Shown: piece after piece, positions 54,720-63,464 of the stretch
How positions within the stretch are numbered: position 1 is the first letter of the stretch
Layout: each line of letters begins with the position of its first letter
Source of the DNA: Myxococcota bacterium
GTDB lineage: Bacteria > Myxococcota_A > Polyangia > Polyangiales > Houyiibacteriaceae
Assembly (NCBI GenBank): GCA_039177115.1
Contig: JBCDFZ010000027.1
Coordinates: 2,488-66,487 of the forward strand
Direction: 5' to 3'
Length of the DNA: 64,000 nt
Notes under the pieces: generated by a model
What the model was told of the DNA's origin: nothing
What the model saw: only the letters and a program-made list of their open reading frames with translations
Databases searched by the model: none
Translations under genes and position numbers: made by a program

Positions 54720-56439
54720 GCCCGGTTTTTGGCGAAGCTCGAGCTACCGTCTCGCGCTCGTTCTCACGTTCGTCCTGTGGGCGCTCACTGCGACCGTCAC
54801 GTGCGGGGTGACCGACCTCACGGAGCGCACGCTACTCGATGAACCCTCGCAGCTGGTCGACGAAGAGCTCGTCGAGCTCGAAGAACACATCGAAGCGCCG
54901 CGCTACTACCGATCCGATTTCACTGAAGAGGAGCTCGCCTCACGATTGGTGGATTTCGACCCGCCTTCCGGCGCGAGTTTCGTCGAGCTGGTGCAAGCGT
55001 ACGTTCGCACGCTCCGCGAACGACGCTCGCATGTCAGCCCGGTCCAGCGAGACGACATCGATGCGCGGCTTTGGCTGCTGGGCGAAGACGTGCCGCTCTT
55101 GGTCAGCGATCGGTCTCCGGAACTCTACGTCGCACTCGTTCTCGAGGAAACGCCGGAGCGATTTCACGAGGCGCTCGAGGCGACGATCGGCCTGCGCTAC
55201 GACGACTGGCCGAACCCAGGGAACTGGCCTTCGATGGATCGCCAGAGCCGAATGGCGCTCATCCTCGAAACCGAACTCGACCACGAGGAAGCGGAGCGCT
55301 GCTACCAGTTGAAGGGCGGCGAAGGGCGTGTCCTCTCAACCAACATCATCGACGTCGCGGATGCCGAGTTCGAGAAGACACCGTTTCGCGCGCTGAGTGT
55401 ACGGCTCGACGACAATCCCAGCCTGGATCGTCAAATCTGTTGGGCACGTGCCATCTCGCTGCAAGACCAGGGAGAACTCCTCTACGGTGCGATCATCACG
55501 CCGACGTTCGCGGCGGTTCAAGAAGTACGAGGGCTCCGCGACCTGGGCCTGATCGTCACACTGTTGGCTTCGATCGCCATTGGGGCGTTTCTCGGAAGTC
55601 GCGTGTTTCGCCGACTCCGATTGATCAACGACGTCAGCGAGCGTGTGGCCGGAGGAGAGCTGGGGGAGAGAGTGGTCGTCACCGGGCGAGGCGACGATTT
55701 CGATCGGTTGGGCGTAAACATCAACACGATGCTCGACCGCATCGAGCAGCTCATGTCCGGTGTGCGCGAGGTGTCGGACAACATCGCCCACGACCTGCGG
55801 ACTCCACTCACGCGCCTACGACATCGGATCGAGTTTCTCGCGCAGCAGGAGAAACCAACGCGAGCAGAAGTCGACCGCTTGGCCGAACAGGCCGATCAGG
55901 TTCTCGAAACGTTTGCCGCCCTACTCCGTATCTCACAGCTCGAGCAAGGGAGCCGCCGTCGGTCCTTCTCGGAGTTCGACTTGGGGAGCGCCGTCCGAGA
56001 CGTCGCCGATCTGTATGAGCCGGTGTTCGCAGACAAGGGAATCGCAGTGGCCGCCCAGACGCCGGAGGAGCCGGCCGTCGTCGTAGGAGACCGCGACCTC
56101 TGGATCCAAGCGCTGAGCAATCTGCTCGACAATGCGTACAAGTACGCCGACGGCGGGGGAAAGGTCGATGTCGAGCTTCGGCGGGAGGATGGACGCCCGG
56201 TGCTGACCGTTCGCGACCAAGGTCCCGGCATCCCGGAGCGCGAGAGGGAACGGGTTTTCGAGCGCTTCTACCGTGGCGCGAGCGATCGAAGCGCCCCAGG
56301 GACCGGGCTCGGGCTGCCGCTGGTCGCTGCCGTGTGCGATGCGCATGACGTGGACATTCACCTGCTGAACGACGGCGGCCTCGTCGTCCGGATGGAATGG
56401 CCGCACGCGCGCGAGCGGAAACGCACGAGCCAGAGCTAG
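54703..56439 (+). CDS. HAMP-domain sensor histidine kinase
   Basis: Two TM segments, HAMP, IAHDLRTPL (H box), NLLDNAYKY, DQGPGI, FERFYR, GTGLGL. Confidence 0.95.
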   Translation: MSSARRPGFWRSSSYRLALVLTFVLWALTATVTCGVTDLTERTLLDEPSQLVDEELVELEEHIEAPRYYRSDFTEEELASRLVDFDPPSGASFVELVQAYVRTLRERRSHVSPVQRDDIDARLWLLGEDVPLLVSDRSPELYVALVLEETPERFHEALEATIGLRYDDWPNPGNWPSMDRQSRMALILETELDHEEAERCYQLKGGEGRVLSTNIIDVADAEFEKTPFRALSVRLDDNPSLDRQICWARAISLQDQGELLYGAIITPTFAAVQEVRGLRDLGLIVTLLASIAIGAFLGSRVFRRLRLINDVSERVAGGELGERVVVTGRGDDFDRLGVNINTMLDRIEQLMSGVREVSDNIAHDLRTPLTRLRHRIEFLAQQEKPTRAEVDRLAEQADQVLETFAALLRISQLEQGSRRRSFSEFDLGSAVRDVADLYEPVFADKGIAVAAQTPEEPAVVVGDRDLWIQALSNLLDNAYKYADGGGKVDVELRREDGRPVLTVRDQGPGIPERERERVFERFYRGASDRSAPGTGLGLPLVAAVCDAHDVDIHLLNDGGLVVRMEWPHARERKRTSQS

Positions 56440-56483
56440 CTGTGGCGCGCTGAGAGAGAGCCCGCCGCGCCTAACGACAGCGC

Positions 56484-57191
56484 TCAAACCCGCCCCTGCA
56501 GATACGCTTTCCGACGCCGCTCTGGAAGCCGCTCGATGGCGTAGCGCAGCATGGTTCGCGGCATCTCGCGGTAGTGCGCCTTCAAGAACGCCTCTTCGAC
56601 CGCTCTGTCTCGGTTGCCTACTTCGCGGAGCATCCACCCGGCGGCTTTGTGGATGAGATCGTGTTCGTCGTGGAGGAGTAGCTCGGAGATGGCGAGCGTG
56701 TCGTCGAAGTCGCCCTGCTTGATGAAGTGCAGTGTCGACATGATGGCGATGCGTCGTGTCCACAGGTGCTTCGCCCTCGCCCACTTGTAGAGCGGCGCAC
56801 GGCTCCGGGTTTCGAGATACGGCCCCACGATGCGGTGAGCACTTCCATCGACGAGGTCCCAGTTGTTGATGCACCGTCTCTTGCGAACGTACAGCTTATA
56901 GAGTGCAGCCTGCTGCTTCGGGCCTCCCCTCTCGAACTGGAGATTCATGATGAACAGCGCACAGAGCCTGACTTCGTGAATGGGCGAGTCCAAGAGCGTC
57001 TCGATATGTGCGAGCTCGACGTCTCGGCACTGCTTCGCCACCTTCCGGATGACGGGCACCTTCACCCCGATGAAGCGGTCGCCCTCTCCATACTCGCCGG
57101 GCCCGGTTTTGAAGAAGCGCTGCATCACGGTCGCGTGCTCCTTCGACCCCAGCTCTCGGAGGGCTCGCTCGACCTGCAGGGCTGTAGCCAT
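56484..57191 (-). CDS. alkD: DNA alkylation repair protein (AlkD-like HEAT-repeat glycosylase)
   Basis: FFKTGPGEYGEGDRFIGVKVP, INNWDLVD, LWTRR, HKAAGWMLRE, MPRTMLRYAIE. Confidence 0.9.
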   Translation of the reverse strand: MATALQVERALRELGSKEHATVMQRFFKTGPGEYGEGDRFIGVKVPVIRKVAKQCRDVELAHIETLLDSPIHEVRLCALFIMNLQFERGGPKQQAALYKLYVRKRRCINNWDLVDGSAHRIVGPYLETRSRAPLYKWARAKHLWTRRIAIMSTLHFIKQGDFDDTLAISELLLHDEHDLIHKAAGWMLREVGNRDRAVEEAFLKAHYREMPRTMLRYAIERLPERRRKAYLQGRV

Positions 57192-57505
57192 GGGACCATC
57201 GTAGTCGGTTCGCGCCTCGCGCGGACGCCAGTCGCGCACTGCTCGCGAACGTCGCGGATGTCGTCCTCGGGATCTTCCGGCGCGGGTAACCCCTTGGGTG
57301 CACCGGGGGCAGAGGTCGCGGCTCGAGATCGGACGCGAGCCCTATTGACGGGGAGTCTGGACCCCAGACGATTCTGCGAGCGCAATTCCGGCCGTATGGC
57401 CGAAATTAGTCACACAAGTGTGGCACGAGACTCACAGTTACCTCAGTACTTCGCTGTAATTGTGAGGGTTTTCGGGGCGGCACACCCGTTGCTTCTAAGG
57501 GGCGT

Positions 57506-58111
57506 ATGAAGAATGCAACGACCTCCTCGACGGGGCTCATGCCGTGGCTTGGCGCTGCCGTCCTCGCCCTCCTTGCACTCCAGACGACCTCCGCCCGGGC
57601 CGATGAGCGCTCTGCCATCGGGAGCCGCATCTCGCTCACGACGCGCCCTGCCCTGCAGCTCGATCTGGCGCCGCTGACACCCGAGCCTCCGGAGGTGCGA
57701 TCGGCGTCCGCCATCGACCGGCGGCTGTTGGTCAGGGGGCAGGATCGACCGACCGCGACCCACGATGAGCGACGCGCCCGTCAAGGCGCGTTCATGATGG
57801 CGGCGGGAATGCCCTTGGCTGTGACGGGGACGGCCACCTGGATCCTTGGTGCTGCGCTACCTCAGAACAACTACTGCGGAGATCCGAACAAGAAGCGCGA
57901 GACGATGTTGGCGGGCGGAGCGATGAGCGTGGTGGGCATCGGCTTCAGCAGCGGTGCGATTGTGGCGTGGCGGCGCACCACGCACGAAGCAAGACGCGCG
58001 CGTTCTCGCCGTACGCGGGCGGGAGTCGCCGTCACAGCGCTCATATCCTCAGCAATCGGGATGGCGATCCTGACGACGTTCAGCGTGAACGCACTCTGTC
58101 TCGCAAGCTGA
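57506..58111 (+). CDS. Hypothetical exported/membrane protein
   Basis: Signal peptide (ARA-D) and three C-terminal hydrophobic segments. Confidence 0.6.
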   Translation: MKNATTSSTGLMPWLGAAVLALLALQTTSARADERSAIGSRISLTTRPALQLDLAPLTPEPPEVRSASAIDRRLLVRGQDRPTATHDERRARQGAFMMAAGMPLAVTGTATWILGAALPQNNYCGDPNKKRETMLAGGAMSVVGIGFSSGAIVAWRRTTHEARRARSRRTRAGVAVTALISSAIGMAILTTFSVNALCLAS

Positions 58112-58136
58112 GACGCCGCCAGGGCATCGAGGAAGC

Positions 58137-58865
58137 CTACTTGGCCGATGGTGCGCGGTTTAGGCTCCAGTCGTATGGCATCCGTCGAAGCTTGGTCGAG
58201 TCGCCGTAGGCGGAGAGCTTGCCCTCAGTGTCGTACTGCTTGAGCCAGTTCAATATGGAGCCCGATCCCTCCTCGAAGTCTGCGGAGTACCAAAAAAAGA
58301 TCTTCGAGAGGTCGATGGAGTCCTCGTGCAGTTTGACGAAAGCCGGGTTGCGCACTGCACGTCGACTCAGCTCGTCGAGCGTTTGGTCTAGCGTGGCGGA
58401 AGTAAACGCGCGACCGTGAAGCGGGGGGCAAGACTTCGCACCGCAGTTGAGTGCCACGTGGATTCGAGGGTCCTTGAAACGAGGGCGAATGATGCCGTGC
58501 TCGAGGTCGTCGAGCGTACGTGCCTTGCCCGCAACCTGGTACTTGATGCCCCGAAAGAAGCGCGTGACCGACCGAACGCTGTCGAGGGGGTAGCGTTCGA
58601 GTACGGCGTGAACCACGAGGGCGTTGTAGGCATTGAGCCAGTCCGCGAGCGGCGCCTCTTCAGGCATGGTGGCAAGCTGAGCAATGAACGCACGTTGAGC
58701 TCGAAGTGCCTCGGGGTCTTCGAGAACCCCCTCGTAGTCGAAGCCGCCGGGGCGAGCGTACTCGACCAGCACGGTGTCCCAGAGTCTCGCGTCCTGGGCG
58801 CCGGCCAGCGACGGAAGGGCGAGCAGCAAGCCGAGTCCCAGTCCGATCGATCGAATCGACGTCAT
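58137..58865 (-). CDS. DUF547 domain protein, secreted
   Basis: Signal peptide; WLNAYNA, TLDDLEHGIIR, DPRIHVALNCGAKSCPPL, LSKIFFWY..DF, YDWSLN. Confidence 0.93.
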   Translation of the reverse strand: MTSIRSIGLGLGLLLALPSLAGAQDARLWDTVLVEYARPGGFDYEGVLEDPEALRAQRAFIAQLATMPEEAPLADWLNAYNALVVHAVLERYPLDSVRSVTRFFRGIKYQVAGKARTLDDLEHGIIRPRFKDPRIHVALNCGAKSCPPLHGRAFTSATLDQTLDELSRRAVRNPAFVKLHEDSIDLSKIFFWYSADFEEGSGSILNWLKQYDTEGKLSAYGDSTKLRRMPYDWSLNRAPSAK

Positions 58866-59791
58866 TTCTTCTTTCTCTTTCCGAAGAGCGGTTCCGTGAA
58901 TATGGTCGCGCCGATGTTGACGAACCAGTCTTCGTCTACGTTGAACGTGCCGCGACCTGGGGGCGCGTTGAAGGTTTCGAGGGGGTTGAACCCGACCTGG
59001 GCGAACACGTCGACCAGGACCTTTCGCCGAATCGTGTAGCCACCCGTCAGGAACAGCGGCAGCTCCACCACGTTCTTCGCACCAGGTCTCCCGCCAATGT
59101 TCACGATATCGACACCGCCACCGAGTTCGAGGAACCCATGGTCGGTGATGTTGATGCTGGAGGCGCCGTCGAGGCGCACGTCGAAGGTCGTGTTCGCCGG
59201 ATTGTCGACGGCGCCTGCGAACTTGTCGCCGTTCCGATACCGCACGGCAGCGCGCAGGTCAGAGGTGAACAAACCAAAGAGCTCGATGATCCGAAACGGG
59301 ATGCCGAACTCCACGGTGAGGTCGCTGTTGGAAGGCAACACCGCGATCAGGTCGAGGCCGGCGGATATGATCCTGCCCTCGAGAAACCGATAGCGCGCGT
59401 ACACGGGAATGTCCCCGTACGCCGCGTCGGGTGAAAACAAGACGCTGACCAAGCCGACGCCCGGCGGAGACGGGAGCGCCCCGGTGAGCTCCGTGCTCAA
59501 GCCCACCTCGAGGTTTTCCACGGGCGAAAGCGCCACGCCCAGATCGAGCGCCGAGATGACGCCCGACCCCTCGACCCCGCCCACATTGATGCGACCGTCC
59601 AAGCGTACGATGCCGAGGTCGAGCACCAGGGGACGCTGAGCGAACCGCGTGGGGTAAATGTCCTCCTCGATCTCTTCCAAGACCTCGATCTCGGGGCCAG
59701 GCTCCTCGGCGAGCGCGACTTTACCGATTACGGTGGCGGACACGAGGAGGAGCGCGGCGTGGATGTGGGCGACTACAGCCGAGCGAGGCAC
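58862..59791 (-). CDS. Exported protein, probable outer-membrane beta-barrel
   Basis: Signal peptide (ALA-E); YP..FAQRPL.L start; many alternating amphipathic Gly/aromatic strands. Confidence 0.6.
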   Translation of the reverse strand: MPRSAVVAHIHAALLLVSATVIGKVALAEEPGPEIEVLEEIEEDIYPTRFAQRPLVLDLGIVRLDGRINVGGVEGSGVISALDLGVALSPVENLEVGLSTELTGALPSPPGVGLVSVLFSPDAAYGDIPVYARYRFLEGRIISAGLDLIAVLPSNSDLTVEFGIPFRIIELFGLFTSDLRAAVRYRNGDKFAGAVDNPANTTFDVRLDGASSINITDHGFLELGGGVDIVNIGGRPGAKNVVELPLFLTGGYTIRRKVLVDVFAQVGFNPLETFNAPPGRGTFNVDEDWFVNIGATIFTEPLFGKRKKK

Positions 59792-59821
59792 GGCGGTTTC
59801 TCTAAGCTAAGTTTCATCATG

Positions 59822-60526
59822 CTATCCGGTGTGGGTTTGGGGGCGGTACCACTCGCCGAGCTGTGTCGGCGGTACGCCAAGCAAATAGAGGCCGACGAGG
59901 GCGGTATTGAACAACTGATGTCGCACCGGACCTCGCCGGTGGAAGCGCCGATCCGAACAGACGACCGGGCGCCGAATCTTGGTGAGCCGTCCGTGCTCTC
60001 TCAGCCGAAACTGGATCTCGAGGTCCTCCATCAGAGGCCACTCGGGGAATCCCTCGACCGCGTGGAACGTGGTGGCCCGCGCAAATTGCGCCTGATCCCC
60101 GTAGGTGGTCAGCGGGTGATTGATTCGGCTGCCGAGATTCAGAAGCTGAAGAACCCAGTGCCGCTCGACGAAACCGAGGCAGAAGCTTCCCCCGACTACT
60201 CTCTGGTCGGCGAAAACCCTTCGAAGCACGTCGATGCCGCCTCGAGGTAGCTGGCAGTCCGCGTGAAGAAAAAGCAGGACGTCGCCGGCCGCGGCGCGAG
60301 CACCCGCGTTCATTTGTGCGCCGCGGCCGGCCGAAATACCTCGAATCAGCTTGATGCCGGGCCACCCCTCGGCAAGTTCGCAAGTGGCATCCGTGCTGCC
60401 AGCATCCACGACGATGCACTCGGTGGCATCGTCGACGCCCACGCTGCGAAGAGCACTCTCGAGATGAGCCTCTTCGTTCAGCGTCGGGATGATGACGCTC
60501 ACCGTGACCTGAGGTCGAGCACCCAT
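59822..60526 (-). CDS. GT2 glycosyltransferase, TIGR04283-like (arsenosugar-associated family)
   Basis: SVIIPTLNEE, VDAGSTD, GRGAQMNAGA, LLFLHAD, YGDQAQF, PLMED, SDRR. Confidence 0.9.
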   Translation of the reverse strand: MGARPQVTVSVIIPTLNEEAHLESALRSVGVDDATECIVVDAGSTDATCELAEGWPGIKLIRGISAGRGAQMNAGARAAAGDVLLFLHADCQLPRGGIDVLRRVFADQRVVGGSFCLGFVERHWVLQLLNLGSRINHPLTTYGDQAQFARATTFHAVEGFPEWPLMEDLEIQFRLREHGRLTKIRRPVVCSDRRFHRRGPVRHQLFNTALVGLYLLGVPPTQLGEWYRPQTHTG

Positions 60527-60527
60527 G

Positions 60528-61166
60528 CTAGTGATTCACGCTGGCCTGATGCACCTGGTCGACTCGGTGCCGAAGCGCATGCATCAGCTCTGGCAGGTCT
60601 CGTTCGAGCGCGCGCCGAACGAGCACGTCAGGGACGAATACGCCGGGATCGATCGACACCGTGTAGCTGACCAACACGCGGTCGTCTTCGGTGGGCAGCG
60701 GGAAGAGGCCCCAGACCCCCTCGAGCTCTCGGAGATCGCCGCTCACGCGCGAAAAACGCACCTGCTGGCCGTGAACGTACTCAGCCTTGAAGCGGTAAAT
60801 CGTCTTCGGCGCGAACCAGCGATACTTGACCTCGTGCTCGATCAGTTCCCAACTCCCGTCTTCGGCGCGATCGATCACCTCGCAGCGCCTCAGGTTGGGA
60901 ACGAACTCGGGCGCGCGCTCGCAGTCGACCATGATGTCCCAGATCCGATCCACCGACTGCGGAACGAGCACCAGGGCGCCCACTCGGGGCCGATCGTTCA
61001 GTTCGGCCGTGTGAACGACGGCCTCGCCGGCGCTGAGTCGTTTCCAGTCGTCGTCGGTGAGCACCGACGGGTCGGCTCCCGCGCCGTTGGCGCCGAGAAG
61101 AATCCAGCAGAAAGGAGCGACTCTCGTTGCGACTCCGCCAAGGTTCGTTCTAAGTCCGTTCGCCAT
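60528..61166 (-). CDS. SRPBCC/START (polyketide cyclase-like) protein, possibly exported
   Basis: IWDIMVDCERAPEFVPNLRRCEV, SGDLRELEGVW, PGVFVP; hydrophobic N-terminus. Confidence 0.8.
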   Translation of the reverse strand: MANGLRTNLGGVATRVAPFCWILLGANGAGADPSVLTDDDWKRLSAGEAVVHTAELNDRPRVGALVLVPQSVDRIWDIMVDCERAPEFVPNLRRCEVIDRAEDGSWELIEHEVKYRWFAPKTIYRFKAEYVHGQQVRFSRVSGDLRELEGVWGLFPLPTEDDRVLVSYTVSIDPGVFVPDVLVRRALERDLPELMHALRHRVDQVHQASVNH

Positions 61167-61237
61167 CGTAAGTCCGTCCTATCCGGTGTACTGGGGTGGA
61201 GGCGCGACGTTACGAACAAAACGGGTGCGCCCTGTTT

Positions 61238-62083
61238 CTACGCGACCGACGCGCTCGGAGTTGCCCCATCCGAGCCCGGCTCGCCGCGAAAGTGCGAGCG
61301 GAGCACCGACGCGAGCTCACGGCCTTTCTGCAGGGTCACCCCGTGACCTGCATCGTCGTAGCGAACGACTTGCGCCCTTGGGATCCGCGCCGCGAGCCGG
61401 TCCGTGTGGCTCGGATTGACCAGGATGTCTCGTCCGGGCCGCACGAGCAGCACGGGCATCGACAGCCGGTGAAGGCGAGCCTCGGTGCGATGACGCTGGA
61501 CGGCGAGCAGCTGGCTCGCAACCGTCCGGAGAGGTGGCTCGACGCGAAGCCGTTCGCGCATCTGCGGGTCGAAGACGTCCCCATCGACGCGTTCGAGGTA
61601 CCGCCGGTGGTACAGCAATTTCGGGAGCAAACGAAATCGCACCTTCGGCCCACCCAAGACTCCACGCGCAACGAGCCCTGCGCCGCGAGCCGCAGGGAAC
61701 GATGCCATCCAGCCGCCCGCGTGCGTCGCAATCAGGGTGAGGGTCGAGCACCGACCGGGATGACGCAGCCCTATCTCCTGCGCGATCATGCCTCCCATGG
61801 AGAGACCCACGACGTGGACTCGGTCCCAACCAAGGTCGTCCAGGACGCGCACCGCGTCATCCGCCATTGAGGCGACAGTCGGAAATGCAGGGCTCGGTTC
61901 ACTCCGGCCCAAACCGAGGTGGTCGTAGTGGCAGCATCGAAACTCGCCTCGGAGCGCGTTCACGAGCGGCGTCCATACGCCGCCGACCATGGCAAAGCCC
62001 ATGATGAAGAGGACGGGTTCACCCTCCGTACCCACCACACGATAGGCGAGCCGAGGGCTCGTTGCCGTGACGGCCGAGTGCAT
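61238..62083 (-). CDS. Alpha/beta fold hydrolase
   Basis: FIMGF, YDHLGLGRS, HVVGLSMGGMIAQE, DILV, AGHG. Confidence 0.92.
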   Translation of the reverse strand: MHSAVTATSPRLAYRVVGTEGEPVLFIMGFAMVGGVWTPLVNALRGEFRCCHYDHLGLGRSEPSPAFPTVASMADDAVRVLDDLGWDRVHVVGLSMGGMIAQEIGLRHPGRCSTLTLIATHAGGWMASFPAARGAGLVARGVLGGPKVRFRLLPKLLYHRRYLERVDGDVFDPQMRERLRVEPPLRTVASQLLAVQRHRTEARLHRLSMPVLLVRPGRDILVNPSHTDRLAARIPRAQVVRYDDAGHGVTLQKGRELASVLRSHFRGEPGSDGATPSASVA

Positions 62084-62127
62084 GGGTAAGTGTACTGCGG
62101 AACGACGGGACCGTTACGGAAGGGCGC

Positions 62128-63363
62128 CTACTGCGCCGGCGAGCGCACCATGCCGAAGCCGTCGAGAAGCCGGCCGAAGCTGAAGAGGTCCACGCTGTTG
62201 GCCTGGGGGTCGAGCATGACCAGGGTGTCCCAGACGAACCGCTGCGACCCCGCCTCTTCGAGCAAACGGAGCGGCACCGCGAGTACGCCGTCGACCACCG
62301 CGAAGCCGTGGATCCGCTGAAACGAAATTACCGAGCCCTCGAACGGGACGATCGGTGAGAAGAACGGAATGCTCATCTCCGTGACGAGCGTCGGCGCCTC
62401 GGGCTCGCCGCTTCCGTCCGGCGCACTTGGACGACGCGCGTACGGGACAAACCAAATCGAGATCGATACGAAGTCGCTCGCCAACACGTAAAGCCCGTCG
62501 TCTGCAATCGCGACCACAGGGTTGCGCTCGCCCTCCGTACCAAGCGAAACTTCACTCACGGGCACCGACGCCAAGGGCGAGCTCTGTCGCACACCCGCCT
62601 CCTCGGCCGAGAGCGCGATGGTATCGACAGCCGGGTCCAGTTCGGTGGGTGCGTCGAGAACCACGAGACGGCCATCGACCGAACCCAAACCCGCAGCAGG
62701 GCAGAACTCCTCAGCGCTGGCAATCGCCGTGACTCCGTCCACGGCGCCCGGTGTGGTGATGTCGCGGGCCACGAGAAAGTCGTCCAGCCAAGTGAAGTAG
62801 TAGTCGCCGCCCGCGACGGCCTGACAGCCGCCCCAAGGGCTCGGCACCACGCTCTCCGTGAGCGTGGCACCCGTCTCGACGTCTAGCTCGATGACACGGA
62901 CTTCCTCGGTGTCCGTGCTCAGCGTCGACGTGTAAAGCCGCTGCCCGTCGAGAAGAATCGGAGGCGCATCGCGGAATACGCCTGCGGTGGGAGCCAGATA
63001 GATTTCGCGCGCGAGGCCGCTCCCGTAATCGAACGCCGCGATGACCTCGCGACTCTCCTCGGCCAGCTCGTCAGTGCCAAAAACCAGGTCGCCAGGCCCA
63101 TACGCGAACGACAAGAGCAGGACGAGGTCGCGCTCGACGCGAAACTCCGAAGTGTCGAACTGGAGCCCCTCAGGGCCCCGGGTCGGAGGGCCGACGAGCA
63201 CACCCGCGCTGTCCAGCATGCTGACATCGTCTGGAACGCGGGGTTCGTCGTCACCCCCGTCACCGTTGCCGTCCTCGCCTGAACAGCCTAGCGCTGTCGC
63301 GAGCGATAGAAGAAGGATTTGCCGGTACAGCAGAAGACGGCTGGAAGCGCAGCGCTGTTTCAT
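62128..63363 (-). CDS. Hypothetical lipoprotein (beta-rich)
   Basis: ALGC lipobox after ATG 63363, acidic/Gly tether. Confidence 0.7.
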   Translation of the reverse strand: MKQRCASSRLLLYRQILLLSLATALGCSGEDGNGDGGDDEPRVPDDVSMLDSAGVLVGPPTRGPEGLQFDTSEFRVERDLVLLLSFAYGPGDLVFGTDELAEESREVIAAFDYGSGLAREIYLAPTAGVFRDAPPILLDGQRLYTSTLSTDTEEVRVIELDVETGATLTESVVPSPWGGCQAVAGGDYYFTWLDDFLVARDITTPGAVDGVTAIASAEEFCPAAGLGSVDGRLVVLDAPTELDPAVDTIALSAEEAGVRQSSPLASVPVSEVSLGTEGERNPVVAIADDGLYVLASDFVSISIWFVPYARRPSAPDGSGEPEAPTLVTEMSIPFFSPIVPFEGSVISFQRIHGFAVVDGVLAVPLRLLEEAGSQRFVWDTLVMLDPQANSVDLFSFGRLLDGFGMVRSPAQ

Positions 63364-63464
63364 GAACCAAGAAGTGAGTCCTTCGCCGACTCGTGCGTTT
63401 GGAGGTGACAATCCGGTTGCAATCGCCCGATCGCACCCGGACACTCCATAAGGTGTACCGATCC

